From the human T2T-CHM13v2.0 reference genome, Homo sapiens, in assembly GCF_009914755.1 (NCBI RefSeq), contig NC_060935.1: a stretch of DNA of 64,000 bases; one strand, written 5' to 3'. The notes below the pieces were generated by a model. The model was not told where the DNA came from. It ran no database searches and saw only the letters and a list, made by a program, of their open reading frames with translations. Position numbers and translations under genes: made by a program. Position 1 is the first letter of the stretch. Each line of letters opens with the position of its first letter. Of the stretch, positions 1-17,463 are shown piece by piece.

Positions 1-200
1 GGAGAATGGAATATGAGGGTGACAGCTCAAGAATATAGAAGTTTTTATTTTTTTGAGGTGATGAAAATATTCTAAAATTGAATCTGGTGATGATTGCACA
101 TATCTGTTGAAGGTAATAAAAACCATTGAATTATACACTTCAGTGAATTGCATGGTATATGAACTATATCTCAATAAAGCTGTATAAAAGACTTTAAAAA
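1..200 (+). mobile_element. Old L1 (L1MC/L1ME-type) 3' end fragment
   Basis: GGTGATGAAAATATTCTAAAATTG...GAATTATACACTT...TATATCTCAATAAAGCTG followed by an A-rich end is typical of ancient L1M 3' UTR termini. Confidence 0.6.
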
Positions 201-1854
201 CAAATAAAATGAGGATAATAATACATATTGTTAAGATGATTAAATTAATAATGCATAACATTTTAGGAACTAATGTTAGTTTTTATATTAATAGGAAGGA
301 TTAAAGGAATGGAGGGCATCATAAACATGAAGAAAAATGTGAGAGAGTATGATAATTGAAAGAAGAGTTTGTGTTCAAAGGGAGAGATTAAAGATGTGCA
401 ACTTCAGGTATTTACAGTATGTTGAGCCAAAGTATACAATCAGTCTTTGGCACTCTTTTAATGTCTAAGCTGTTTTCTCTTATTGTTATATAATAAGAGC
501 CCTTACCCTTTTATTCACATTCTGAATCAGAAGACAACATTTTTCCTATTTTAATTATATGATGTTTATAGATTCTCAATTCAAAGAGATCTCTAAGAGG
601 GGAGAAAAATAATTCTATAACTTTTGGAAGTATCAAGACAAGAAAAAGATTAATTGTGGTTGAAAATTCCTTGCGGTGCATAAATCTAAGATTTTATGGA
701 AAGATAATAACATTCATAGGAAAAGATAAGAGAAACCTGAAAAAGAGAGATGAGTTAATAAGAAATGGGATATTGAAAAGATTAGTAATCAGCATTTGAA
801 TAATGTTTTATATCTTTCTGAATAAGGAAAATTAAAATTATGGTCATAAAACATGAGCAATAATGATGGGAGTTTTTAAAAAGTTTTTTAAAAATATATT
901 TTATATTGGGATGCTTTCAAGCTGACCAAGAGCAGTTATGTTGTTTTAGTTGCCACCTAAATGAAATTGTGTAGCAGTGGGAATCTACTTTTTCACTAAT
1001 AGCATTTTGATAAAAGATCATAGAGATGATTGATATTTGATGCCATTCTGAGATTAAGATAATTAATGGTATTAAGCAGCTAAGCTCTCCTATTTAATCC
1101 CCTTTTTAATACATATTGTCTTATCGTCCAGTCTAATGGAATATATGCCTTCTTAGCAAACTCATTGTTGTCTATAGACTGTTCCCCAGCTCGTTCTCTC
1201 TGTCTTTTGTTGTTTGATCTCTGTATCTATTAAGAGGTTGGCAAGGAAAGATCCTGAGTGGATTTTAAATTGACACAAATAATAGGGAATTGTCTGTACA
1301 TATGTAAGGCAAAAAATGTACAAATTCAAGTTTTTATAAAAGACTTGTTTGACAAGGCACTCCTTGTTGTATAAGACATACAAAGAAGAAAAATCTTTGC
1401 TATAGAAATGTATGAGAGCTCCATGGCAACTGAAAACAAGATGCTGCATTTGATCGTACAATTAAGCACCACTATTAGTTTCTATTTTCATTTAAGTATT
1501 TAGAACTAGTCTATTTTTATTCTATCTATTACAGACATTTTAACAAATAAAACTGGATACAACATGGAAAAATTAGTTTTCCATGAATTAATTTTATAAG
1601 CTATATTTGTACCTTAGTAAAATCTCCTTTTTTCTTTTTTTTTTTTTTTATTATACTTTAAGTTTTAGGGTACATGTGCACATTGTGCAGGTTAGTTACA
1701 TATGTATACATGTGCCGTGCTGGTGCGCTGCACCCATTAACTCGTCATCTAGCATTAGGTATATCTCCCAATGCTATCCCTCCCCCCTCCCCCCACCCCA
1801 CAACAGTCCCCAGAGTGTGATGTTCCCCTTCCTGTGTCCATGTGATCTCATTGT

Positions 1855-5711
<3,857 letters not shown>

Positions 5712-5747
5712 TTAGTTGACGCAGTTTCTTCCTAGTCTCGATGGTCT

Positions 5748-6764
5748 TTACATTTTGGCATGATTTTTCAGCAGCTGGTACTGGTTGTTCCTTTCCATGT
5801 TTAGCGCTTCCTTCAGGAGCTCTTTTAGGGCAGGCCTGGTGGTGACAAAATCTCTCAGCATTTGCTTGTCTGTAAAGTATTTAATTTCTCCTTCACTTAT
5901 GAAGCTTAGTTTGGCTGGATATGAAATTCTGGGTTGAAAATTCTTTTCTTTAAGAATGTTGAATATTGGCCCCCACTCTCTTCTGGCTTGTAGGGTTTCT
6001 GCCGAGAGATCCGCTGTTAGTCTGATGGGCTTCCCTTTGAGGGTAACCCGACCTTTCTCTCTGGCTGCCCTTAACATTTTTTCCTTCCTTTCAACTTTGG
6101 TAAATCTGACAATTATGTGTCTTGGAGTTGCTCTTCTCGAGGAGTATCTTTGTGGCGTTCTCTGTATTTCCTGAATCTGAACGTTGGCCTGCCTTGCTAG
6201 ATTGGGGAAGTTCTCCTGGATAATATCCTGCAGAGTGTTTTCCAACTTGGTTCCATTCTCCTCATTACTTTCAGGTACACCAATCAGACGCAGATTTGGT
6301 CTTTTCACATAGTCCCATATTTCTTGGAGGCTTTGCTCATTTCTTTTTAATCTTTTTTCTCTAAACTTCCCTTCTCACTTCATTTCATTCATTTCATCTT
6401 CCCTTGCTGATACCCTTTCTTCCAGTTGATTGCATCGGCTCCTGAGGCTTCTGCATTCTTCACGTAGTTCTCGAGCCTTGGTTTTCAGCTCCATCAGCTC
6501 CTTTAAGCACTTCTCTGTATTGGTTATTCTAGTTATACATTCTTCTAAATTTTCTTCAAAGTTTTCAACTTCTTTGCCTTTGGTTTGAATGTCCTCCCAT
6601 AGCTCAGAGTAATTGGATCGTCTGAAGCCTTCTTCTCTCAGCTCGTCAAAGTCATTCTCCATCCAGCTTTGTTCCATTGCTGGTGAGGAACTGCGTTCCT
6701 TTGGAGGACGAGAGGCGCTCTGCGTTTTAGAGTTTCCAGTTTTTCTGTTCTGTTTTTTCCCCAT
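5748..6764 (-). pseudogene. ORF1: L1 ORF1 (RNA-binding chaperone) with a single in-frame stop
   Basis: MGKKQNRKTGNSKTQSAS...NHAKM*, 1017 nt (338 codons + stop). Only lesion seen is CGA>TGA at codon 130 (6375-6377). Confidence 0.95.
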
Positions 6765-7681
6765 CTTTGTGGTTTTATCTACTTTTGGTCTTTGATGATG
6801 GTGATGTACAGATGGGTTTTCGGTGTGGATGTCCTTTCTGTTTGTTAGTTTTCCTTCTAACAGACAGGACCCTCAACTGCAGGTCTGTTGAAATACCCTG
6901 CCTTGTGAGGTGTCAGTGTGCCCCTGCTGGGGGGTGCCTCCCAGTTAGGCTGCTCGGGGGTCAGGGGTCAGGGACCCACTTGAGGAGGCAGTCTGCCGGT
7001 TCTCAGATCTCCAGCTGCGTGCTGGGAGAACCACTGCTCTCTTCAAAGCTGTCAGACAGGGTCATTTAAGTCTGCAGAGGTTACTGCTGTCTTTTTGTTT
7101 GTCTGTGCCCTGCCCCCAGAGGTGGAGCCTACAGTGGCAGGCAGGCCTCCTTGAACTGTGGTGGGCTCCACCCAGTTCGAGCTTCCCGGCTGCTTTGTTT
7201 ACCTAAGCAAGCCTGGGCAATGGCGGGCGCCCCTCCCCCAGACTCGCTGCCGCCTTGCAGTTTGATCTCAGACTGCTGTGCTAGCAATCAGCGAGATTCC
7301 GTGGGCGTAGGACCCTCCGAGCCAGGTGTGGGATATAGTCTCGTGGTGCGCCGTTTTTTAAGCCGGTCTGAAAAGCGCAATATTCGGGTGGGAGTGCCCC
7401 GATTTTCCAGGTGCGTCCGTCACCCCTTTCTTTGACTCGGAAAGGGAACTCCCTGACCCCTTGCGCTTCCCAGGTGAGGCAATGCCTCGCCCTGCTTCGG
7501 CTCGCGCAGGGTGCGCGCACACACTGGCCTGCGCCCACTGTCTGGCACTCCCTAGTGAGATGAACCCGGTACCTCAGATGGAAATGCAGAAATCACCCGT
7601 CTTCTGCGTCGCTCACGCTGGGAGCTGTAGACCGGAGCTGTAGACCGGAGCTGTTCCTATTCGGCCATCTTGGCTCCTCCC
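6765..7681. promoter_or_regulatory. L1 5'UTR CpG-rich bidirectional promoter (sense promoter with YY1 site, plus antisense promoter)
   Basis: Densest CpG cluster in the window (~7150-7681). YY1 site AAGATGGCC at 7663-7671 (minus strand). Known L1 promoter architecture. Confidence 0.8.
7220..7435 (+). CDS. ORF0: L1 ORF0 (primate antisense 71-aa ORF in the 5'UTR), intact
   Basis: ATG at 7220 gives MAGAPPPDSLPPCSLISDCCASNQRDSVGVGPSEPGVGYSLVVRRFLSRSEKRNIRVGVPRFSRCVRHPFL*, 71 aa, matching the known ORF0 peptide. Confidence 0.85.
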   Translation: MAGAPPPDSLPPCSLISDCCASNQRDSVGVGPSEPGVGYSLVVRRFLSRSEKRNIRVGVPRFSRCVRHPFL

Positions 7682-10600
7682 AAATCTCCTTTTTTCTTAT
7701 CTTAATGGGGAAAATTGCATTTTATATATTAAACAATAACATGTGTCTTAGATAAACACTTATCTCTTTTAATTTAAGCACTGTTTTTTCCTTTCATGTG
7801 ACTATGTAATTTCGTCATTCATTCATCTCAAATATTTATCTACCTACAAATATTAACCTACTTCATAAACAAAAAGTTGAAAAAGTCATTCCCCAATTTC
7901 TTTCTGCAGATTTGTGACCGTGGACTTGAAATTAAATGTTTAGATATTTTTGTATGTTAGAAAAATGACGCTTGTACTTTAGGTTGTTAGAGTACTTTTG
8001 TGATCAATGAGATGATAGGGAGATGCCCAGAAAGATTGATTATTTTTGATGCATTTTAGCATACAAATTGGCTCTTAAAACTGGAATTATTTTGTGGTTA
8101 TCATTTAGAAATATTTACAATATGAATATTTATTGATTGATTACTGTAAGTGCATTATACAAATAATCCATTTTGTTGACACACATTCCAGACATTTATA
8201 CATAATACCCATTTTATCTTACTTAGAGATGATTTGTTAGGTTAAAAAAATCTCAAAGACAAAAGTAGAGAGATAAAAAATGCTTAATAATGATTATACT
8301 CTAAAAATGCTAAAATATCTAATATAAGTGTTATCTTAAGTGAGTTTTCATAAAATCTTTCCCTAGGTAATGAATGTTTTATTAAATTGCAAAAATGTCT
8401 GGTCTGTAATACATGTCTTTTATTTTTACAGTCATCATGACTGATGTGTTAACATTAATCATATATTCCACAGCTTTACAGAGTTGGCTTCTAATTAGGC
8501 TATTGCCATCATCCTTATTAAAAGAGCTGGAATTTATGAATTTAGCCTAATTGGGCTAAACCTGATCTGGGTTGACCAAGACTCCTGCATATATTCAAAA
8601 CAGGAAATTAATTTTCAAGCATGCACCATATTTTTTGTTAGTGTGTGGCAATATACAAAGTTACATAAAAACTTTTAAAAGTATAATACACAAAAAGCTT
8701 TAAGAAGGAGGCAGATCAAGAACGGCCAGATAGAAGCCTCTACCAACTGTCCTCACCACAGGAGCACCCAATTTGACAACTATCTGCACAAAAAAAGCAC
8801 CTTCATGGGAACCAAGAATCTGGTGAGTGATCATGATCACTGCATCTGGTTTTAACTTCATATCACTGAAAGAGGCAATGAGGATCTTAGGAAAGACAGC
8901 CTTGAATTTCCAACATGACCTCTGCCCAATCCCCTGCCAGTGACCATGTGGCAGGGAGAGAGAATATGTACTCTTGGGAGAGGAAGAGCACAGCAATTAA
9001 GGAACTTGCATTGGAATGCAGTGCTGCCAACACTTGGTAGAACTCAGCTGGCACTCATGGAGGGAGCATTTAGACCAGTGTTAGTCAAAGGGCAATCACC
9101 CATGCCAGTGGTCAGAACCTGAATTTGTCAAGCCTTGCCATTGTGGGCTAAAGTACTCTGGGGATCTAAAAAAAAAACCTTGAAAGCCTGCCTAGGCCAC
9201 AAGGACTGCAACTGCTAGGCAAATCCTAGTGCTGTGCTGGGCTCAGAGTCCGTGGACTGTGGGTGGTTGGGGTGGGGAGTGACATAGTGAGAAACCTGCC
9301 AGGGCAGCTAAGGGAGTGCTAGTATCACCCCTCTTCCAACTCCAGGAAGTAGAGCTCACAGTTCTGAAAGAGACCCTTTACTTTCACTTGGGCAGAGGAG
9401 AGGGAAGAGTAAAGCATACTTTGTCTTGCAACTTGGATACCAGCTCAAACACAGTAGGATAGGGTACCAGGCAGCTTGTGAGGCCCCCATTTCAGGCCCA
9501 CCCTAGCTCTCAGACATTTCCAGACATGCCCTGGGCCAGAAGGGAACCCACTACCTTGAAGGGAAGGACCCAGACCTGGCATGATTCATGATCTGCTGAG
9601 TAAAGAGCCCTTGGCTCTGAATAATCATCAGCAACAACTAGGTAGTACACACCATGGGCCTTGAGTGAGACTCTGAGATGTGCTGGCTTCAGATGTGACC
9701 CAGCACATTCACAGTTGTGGTGGCTATGGGGAGAGACTACTGCTTGGGAAAAGAAGGAAGAGTAAAGGGGATTTTGTCTTGAGTTTAGGTACCAGCTCAG
9801 CCTTAGTGGAGAATACCACAAAGTGGGCTCTTGGGATCCTCAGTTCCTGGCCTTGGCTTTTGGATGTCATCTCTGAACCTACCCTGAGCCAGAGGGGAGC
9901 CCACTGGCCTGAAAAGTGAGTCCTGTGCCTGGCAGCATTCACCACAAGAAGAGCCCTTGGGTTTAAAGCAAACATCAGCAGTAGCCTGGCAGTACCCCCT
10001 GTGGGCCTGTGGTGGTAGTAGACATGGAGAGAGACTCCTCTTCATGGGGAAAGGGGAGGAAAGAGTGGGAAGGACTTTGTCTTGTGGCTTGGGTGCCAGC
10101 TGAGTGGTGGTAGAACAGAGCACCATATAGATTTCTAAGGTTACTGACTTCAGGCCATGACTCCCTGCCAGCATCTCTGGACCCACCCAGGTCCTAGGGG
10201 GAACTTTTCACCCTTAAAGGAAGGACATAAACCTGGGTGACTTCACCATCTGCTGATTGTAGAGCTCTAGGGCCTTAAGCAAACATACGTGGGAGCCAAG
10301 GAGTGGTTACAGTGGGCCTTGGGGAAGACCCAGTGCTGTGCTGGCTTCAAGTTTGACCTAGTGCAGCCCCAATGGTGGTGGCCACAAGGGTGCTTGTATT
10401 ACCCTTCCCCCAGCTCTAGCAGCTCAGCACAGAGAGAGAGGGAATCTGTTTGGGAGATAGCAGGAGAAAAGAACAAGAGTGTCTGCTTGGTAATCCAGAT
10501 AATTCTTCCAGATCATATCCAAGACCACCAACGCAGTACTTTTATGAGTTTGCAAGAACCACAGCATTACTGGGCTTGGGATACCCCTTTGTGCAAATAT

Positions 10601-10726
10601 GGCTGCAGTGACCAAAAATTTAGATCACAACACTCAAATCTCTTCAAATAACTGGAAAGCCTGCCCAGGAAGGATGCATTCAAACAAGTCCTGATTTGAA
10701 GACTACAAGAAATACATCATTTTTAA

Positions 10727-10852
10727 AGGTCAGGAGATTGAGACCATCCTGGCTAACACGGTGAAACCCCGTCTCTACTAAAAATACAAAAAATTAGCCA
10801 GGTGTGGTGGCGGGCGCCTGCAGTCCCAGCTACTCGGGAGGCTGAGGCAGGA
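10727..10852 (+). mobile_element. Internal AluY-like fragment, no tail, no TSD
   Basis: AGGTCAGGAGATTGAGACCATCCTGGCTAACACGGTGAAACCCC...GCTGAGGCAGGA, joined directly to L1 ORF1 sequence. Confidence 0.9.
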
Positions 10853-12367
10853 AATTCAGAATCCTTCAGATAAATTTAACAAGGAAATTGAAATAATTAA
10901 AAAGTATCAAGCAGAAATTCTGGAGTTAAAAAATGCAGTAGACATAGTGAAGAATGCCTCATGGCAGAATTGATCAAGCAGAAGAAAGCATTAGTGAGCT
11001 TGAAGACAGACTATTTGAAAATATACAATCAGAGGAGACAAAAGGAAGAAGAACAAAGAAGAATGAAACATGCCTACAAGATCTAGGAAATAGCTTCAAA
11101 AGGGCAAATCTAAATGTTATTGGCTTTAAAGAGAAAGTAGAGAGAAACATAATGGTAGAAAGTTTATTCAAAGGGAAAATAACAGAGAACTTCCCAAACC
11201 TAAAGAAAGATGACAATATTTCAGTACAAGAAGGTTATAGAATACCAGCCAGATTTAACCCAAAGAAGACTAACTCAAGGCATTTAATAATCAAGGTCCC
11301 AAAGATCAAGGATAAAGAAGGATCCTAAAAGGAGCAAGAGAAAATAAACAACATTCAATGGAGCTCCAATGCATCTGTCAGTAGACTTTTCAGTGGAAGC
11401 CTTACAGACCAGGAGACAGTGGCATGACATAAAGGACTGAAGAAAAACAACTTTTACCCTAGAATAGCATATCCAGTGAAAATATCCTTCAAACATCAAA
11501 GAAAAATAAAGACTTTCCCAACAAATAAAAGCTGAGGGATTTCATCAACCCCAGACCTGTGCTACAAGAAATGCTAAAGGGATTTCTTTAATCTGGAAGA
11601 AAAAGATGTTAATGAGCAATAAAAAATCATCTGAAGGCACAAAACTCACTAGTAATAGTTAAGTACAGAAAAATCATAATATTATAACACTTATCATGGT
11701 GTGTAAACTCATATTGTATGTAGAAAGACAAAAGATGAAGTGATAAAAAATAAGTACAATTTTTAAGACATAGTGTAATAAGATAAATAAAAACAAAAAT
11801 TTAAAAGTTGGAAAAAAGTTAAAATATAGCATTTTTATTCGTTTTATTTTTGCTTGTTTGTTTATGCAATCAGTGTTTGGTTGTCATCAGTTTAAAATAA
11901 TAGGTTATAGGATTATTTGCAAGCCTTATGATAACCTCAAATCTAAGAACATACAATGGATACAGAAAAAAATAAAAAGCAAGAAATTAAAACATACTAC
12001 TAGAGAAAATCACCTTCACTAAAAGTAAGACAGAAAGGAAGGAAAGGAGGAAGAGAAGACTACAAAACAACCATAAAACAAATAACAGAACGGCAGTAGT
12101 AAGTTCTTACTTATCAATAATAACATTGAATATATATGGACTAAACTCTCCAAACAAAAAGACATAGAGTGGCTGAATAGATGAAAAAACAAGACCCAAT
12201 GATCTCTTGCCTACAAGAAATGCACTTGATTTATAAGGACACATGTAGACTAAAAATAAGGGGATGAAAAAAGATATTCCATGCCAATGGAAACCAAAAA
12301 AGAGCAGGAGTAGCTATACTTAGACAAAATAGATTTCAGGACAAAAACTATAAAAAGAGACAGTGTT

Positions 12368-12600
<233 letters not shown>

Positions 12601-12951
12601 AAAAAGAGACAGTGTTATTATTATATAATGATAAAGTGGCATATTCAGCAATAGGATGTAACAATCATAAGTATTATATACACCCAACACTGGAGCACCC
12701 AAATATATAAAGCAAATATTTTTAAAGCTAAAGCAGGAGATAGACCCCACTACAATAATAGATCTTCCAGACAGAAAATCAACAAAGAAACATCAGACTT
12801 AATCTGCAGTATAGACCGAATGGACCTAATAGATACTTACAGAACATTTTATTCAACGGCTGCAGAATACACATTGTTCTCCTCAGCACATGGATCAATG
12901 TCAATGATAAACCATATGTTAGGCCACAGAACAAGTCTTAAAATATTCAAA

Positions 12952-13330
<379 letters not shown>

Positions 13331-14902
13331 CTATATAAACACATGGAATATAATATGTTCCTGAATGACCAGTGGGTCAGTGAAGAGATTGAGAAGAAAA
13401 CTGAAAATTTTCTTCAAAGAAATGAAAATGGAAACATGACATACTCAAAACTATGAGATATAGTGAAAGCAGTACTAAGAGGCAAGTTTATAGCTGTAAA
13501 TGGTTACATCAAAAGGAAGAAAAACTTTAATAACCTAATGATTCATCTTAACGAACTAGAAAAGCAAGAGCAAACAAAACCCAAAGTTAGTAGAAGAAAA
13601 ATAATAATAGGTCAGAGCGGAAATAAATGAAATGGGAACAAAGCAATACAAAGGATTAGCAAACAAAAAGTTGGTTTTCTGAAAAGATAAACAAAATAGA
13701 CAAACCTTTAGTTTAACTAAGAAAGAGAGACAACCCAAATAAATACAATCAGAGCTGAAAAGGGATACATTACAACTGATACTGCAGAAATTCAAAGGAT
13801 CATTATGGCCACTATGAGCAAATATATGCGAATAAATTGGAAATCCTAGAAGAAATGAACAAATTCCTAGATACATACAACCCACCAAGATTGAACCAAG
13901 AAGATGTACCACTTGAATAGTCAAATAACAAGTCATGAGATTGAAGCTGTAATTTAAACAAATCTCCCAGCAAAGAAAATTCTGGGACCCAAAGGCTTCA
14001 CTGCTGAATAATACCAAACATTTAAAGAAGAAGTAATACTAATCCCACCAAACTATTCCAAAAAAATAGATAAGGGAATACTTTTGAACTCATTATATGA
14101 AGCTCATATTACCCTGTATTGAAACCAAACAAAGATACATCAAAAAAAGAAAACTACAAGCCAATATCCCTGATGAACATTGATGCAAAAATCCTCAACA
14201 AGATACCAGCAAACTGAATTCAGCAACTAAAAAGATCACCAGTTAAAAAGACCATTAATCATGACCAAGGGAGATTTATCCCAGGGATGCAAAGATGGTT
14301 CAACATACACAAAACAATCAATGTGATACAGCATATAACAGAATGAAGGACAAAAACCATGTGATCATTTCAACTGATACTGAGAAAGCGTTTGATTAAA
14401 TTCAACATCCATTAATGATAAAAAGCCTCAAAAACTGGGTATATAAGGACTGTACCACAAAGTAATAAAAGCTATGACAGACCCGCAGCTAATATTATAC
14501 TGACTGAGGGAAAACTGAAAGACTTTCTGCTAAGATCTGGAACATGACAAGGATGCCCACGTTTACCACTGTAATTCAACTGGAAGTCCGCGGTAGAGTA
14601 GTCAGACATGGGAAAGAAATAAATGACATCCAAATTGTAAAGGAAACAGTAAAATTATCCTTGTTTCCAGATGATGTGATCTTATATTTGGAAAAACCTA
14701 AAGACTTGACCAAAAACCTATTAGAACTGATAAACAAATTCAATCAAGTTGCAGGATACAAACTCAACATACCAAAATCAGTAGTATTTCTATATGCCAA
14801 CAGTGAACAAGCTGAAAAAGAAAAAAAGAAAGTAGTACCATTTACAGTACTACAAAAAAATACACAGGAATTAACTTAACCAAAGAAGTGAAAAATCACT
14901 AC

Positions 14903-15280
14903 AGATATGGTCTGGCTCTGTGTGCTCACCCACATCTCACCTTGAATTGTAATCCCCATAATTCCCACATGTCAAGGGCAGGACCAGGTGGAGGTAATTG
15001 GATGATGGGGGTGGTTTCCCCTACACTGTTTTTGTGATAGTGAGTGAGTCTCACAAGATCTGATGGTTTTATAAGCGCCTGGCATTTCCCCTGCTTGTAC
15101 TTACTCCGTCCTGCTTCCCTGTAAAGAAGGTGCCTGCTTATCCTTTGTCTTCCACCATGATTGTAAGTTTTCTGAGGCCTCCCCAGCAATGTGGAACTGT
15201 GAGTCAATTAAACCTCTTTCCTTTATAAATTACCCAGTTGGGGGTATTTCTTCATAGCAGTGTGAGAATGGACTAATACA
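14903..15280 (+). mobile_element. THE1-family (THE1C/D) MaLR solo LTR inside L1MA ORF2
   Basis: GATATGGTCTGGCTCTGTGT...GGACTAATACA termini, 5-bp TSD ACTAC/GCTAC. Confidence 0.85.
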
Positions 15281-16961
15281 GCTACAAAGAAAAGTATAAA
15301 ACATTGATGCAAGAAATTGAAGACGACACACACACAAAATAGAAAGATATTCATTTTAATAGACTAGAAGAATCAAAATTGTTAAAATGTTCATACAACT
15401 CACATTACTTGACTTCAAATTATTCTACAGAGCTATAGTAACCAAAACAGCGTGGTACTGGCATAAAAACAGACACATAGACCAATGGAATAGAATTGAG
15501 GACCAAAAAACAAATGCATACATCTACAGAGCAATCATTTTTGATAAAGGTGCCAAAAATATACACTGGGGAAAGGACAGTCTCTTTAACAAACAGTGCT
15601 GGGAAATCTGGATATCCATCATACATAGCAGAAGGAAACTGGACCCCTATCTCTTGCCAAATACAAAAATGAAATCAAAATGAAAGAGTTCAATCTAAGA
15701 CCTCAAACTATAAAACTACTTAAAGAAAACTTTGGGGAAACTCTCCAGGTCATTGGATTAGGCAAACATTTCTTGAGTAATACCCCATAAACACAGGCAA
15801 CCAAAGCAAAAATGGATAAATGTGATCACATCGAATTAAAAAGCTTTGGCATAGCAAAGGAAACAATCAACAAAGTGAAGAGAAAACCCACACAAAGGGA
15901 GAAAATACTTGTAAACTCTCCATCTGACAAGGGATTGATAACCAGAGGATATAAGGAGCTCAAACCACTCTATAGGAAAAAAATTGAATAACCTGATTAA
16001 AAATGAGCAAAAGATTTGAATAGATGTTTCTCAACAGAAGACACACAAGTGGCAAACAGGTATATGAAAATGTGCTCAACATCACTGATCATCAGAGAAA
16101 TGCAAATCACAACTACAATGAGATATCATCTCACCCCAGTTAAAATGGCTTTTATCCAAAAGACAGGTAATAACAGATGCTGGTGAGGACGTGGAGAAAA
16201 GGGAACTCTCATACACTGTTAATGGGAATGTAAATTCGTACAACCACTATGGAGAACAGTTTGGAAGTTCCTTGAAAAAGTCCCAAAATAGACTACCATA
16301 TGATCCAGTAATCCCACTGCTAGGCATAAAACAAAAAGAAAAAAAAATCAGTGTATCAAAGATATAGCTGCACTCCCATGTGTATTGTGGCACTATTTAC
16401 AATACCTAAGATTTGAAAGCAACTAAAGTGTCTGTCAACAGATGAATGGATAAAGAAAATGCGGTATGTATACACAAAGGAGTACTATTCAGCCATAAAA
16501 TAGAATGAGATCTTGTCATTTGCAACAACATGGACAAAACTGGAAGTGATTGTGTTAAGTGAAACAAGCCAGGGATAGAAAGACAAACATTGCATGTTCT
16601 CCCTTATTTGTTGGAGCTAAAAATGAAAGCAGTTGAACTCATGGACACCAAGAGTAGAATGATGGTTACCAGAGGCTGGGAAATGGGTGAGGCAGGGGGA
16701 AGGGAGAATGGTTAGTGGGTATAAAAAATAGAAAGAATGAATAAGATTTAGTATTTGATAAAACAACTGGGTGACTATATTCAATAATAATTTAACTGTA
16801 CATTTTAAAATAATTTAATTCTAACACAAAGGATAAATGCTTGAGGTGTTAAATGCCTCGTTTACCCTGATGTAATGATTACACATTGTATACCTGTATC
16901 AAAATATCCCATATACCCCATAAATATATATACAACTGTGTACCCCAATAATTAAAAATGA

Positions 16962-16986
<25 letters not shown>
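16962..16986. repeat. (CA)n microsatellite at the L1MA tail
   Basis: About 12 AC units followed by (TA)n. Confidence 0.9.
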
Positions 16987-16994
<8 letters not shown>

Positions 16995-17417
16995 ATAGAA
17001 GTTGAAATAAAAATGCTTTAAAATAAAGGTAGACACACAGGGCATTTATTTTCTATTTACTAGATTAGAATACCTTTTTTCTAATCCTTAACACTTAATA
17101 ACATACACAAAAAATAGTACTTAAAAATGCAAGTATGACTGTTATACATTCCATCCTCTAACAAGATAAAGTTTATTAAAATGACTGTTTGGCTGTTTGG
17201 TGATTTCCTTTCATCCATATCTGCCAAACTGCAAAGTGTAAAGAGAGGAAGAATGTGGTTTGTGGGAGTCAATGTTAAAAAAAAAAGGTATGTAAATAGT
17301 CTAATGGCAATAATGAATTAAGTGGATATTCATAATAACATAACATTTAGTGAATATTTACAGAAGCCTTAAATATGGCAGACACTGCTCTAGGTACTTA
17401 GAATTTAGCAGTGGACA

Positions 17418-17463
17418 TATATATTGCTTTTAGCCCATGGTATATATTGCTTTTAGCCCATGG
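17418..17463. repeat. Perfect 23-bp tandem duplication
   Basis: TATATATTGCTTTTAGCCCATGG x2 (17418-17440, 17441-17463). Confidence 0.95.

Noticed and set aside
1162-1461. 99-aa minus-strand ORF in unique sequence
   Set aside because: Non-ATG start, no recognisable domain, AT-rich composition typical of chance ORFs
1778-1801. C-rich tract that could form a G-quadruplex on the minus strand
   Set aside because: Standard polypurine tract of the L1 3'UTR, present in all such copies
6375-6377. Single TGA in ORF1 as a possible read-through or recoding site
   Set aside because: Simple CGA>TGA decay, and the context TGA-G is not a strong read-through context
9100-10450. Recurring blocks (GAGCCCTTGG, CTTTGTCTTG, GGGAAGGAC) that look like a spaced array
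   Set aside because: These are the internal repeated units of the old L1M 5'UTR, not a CRISPR-like or novel array
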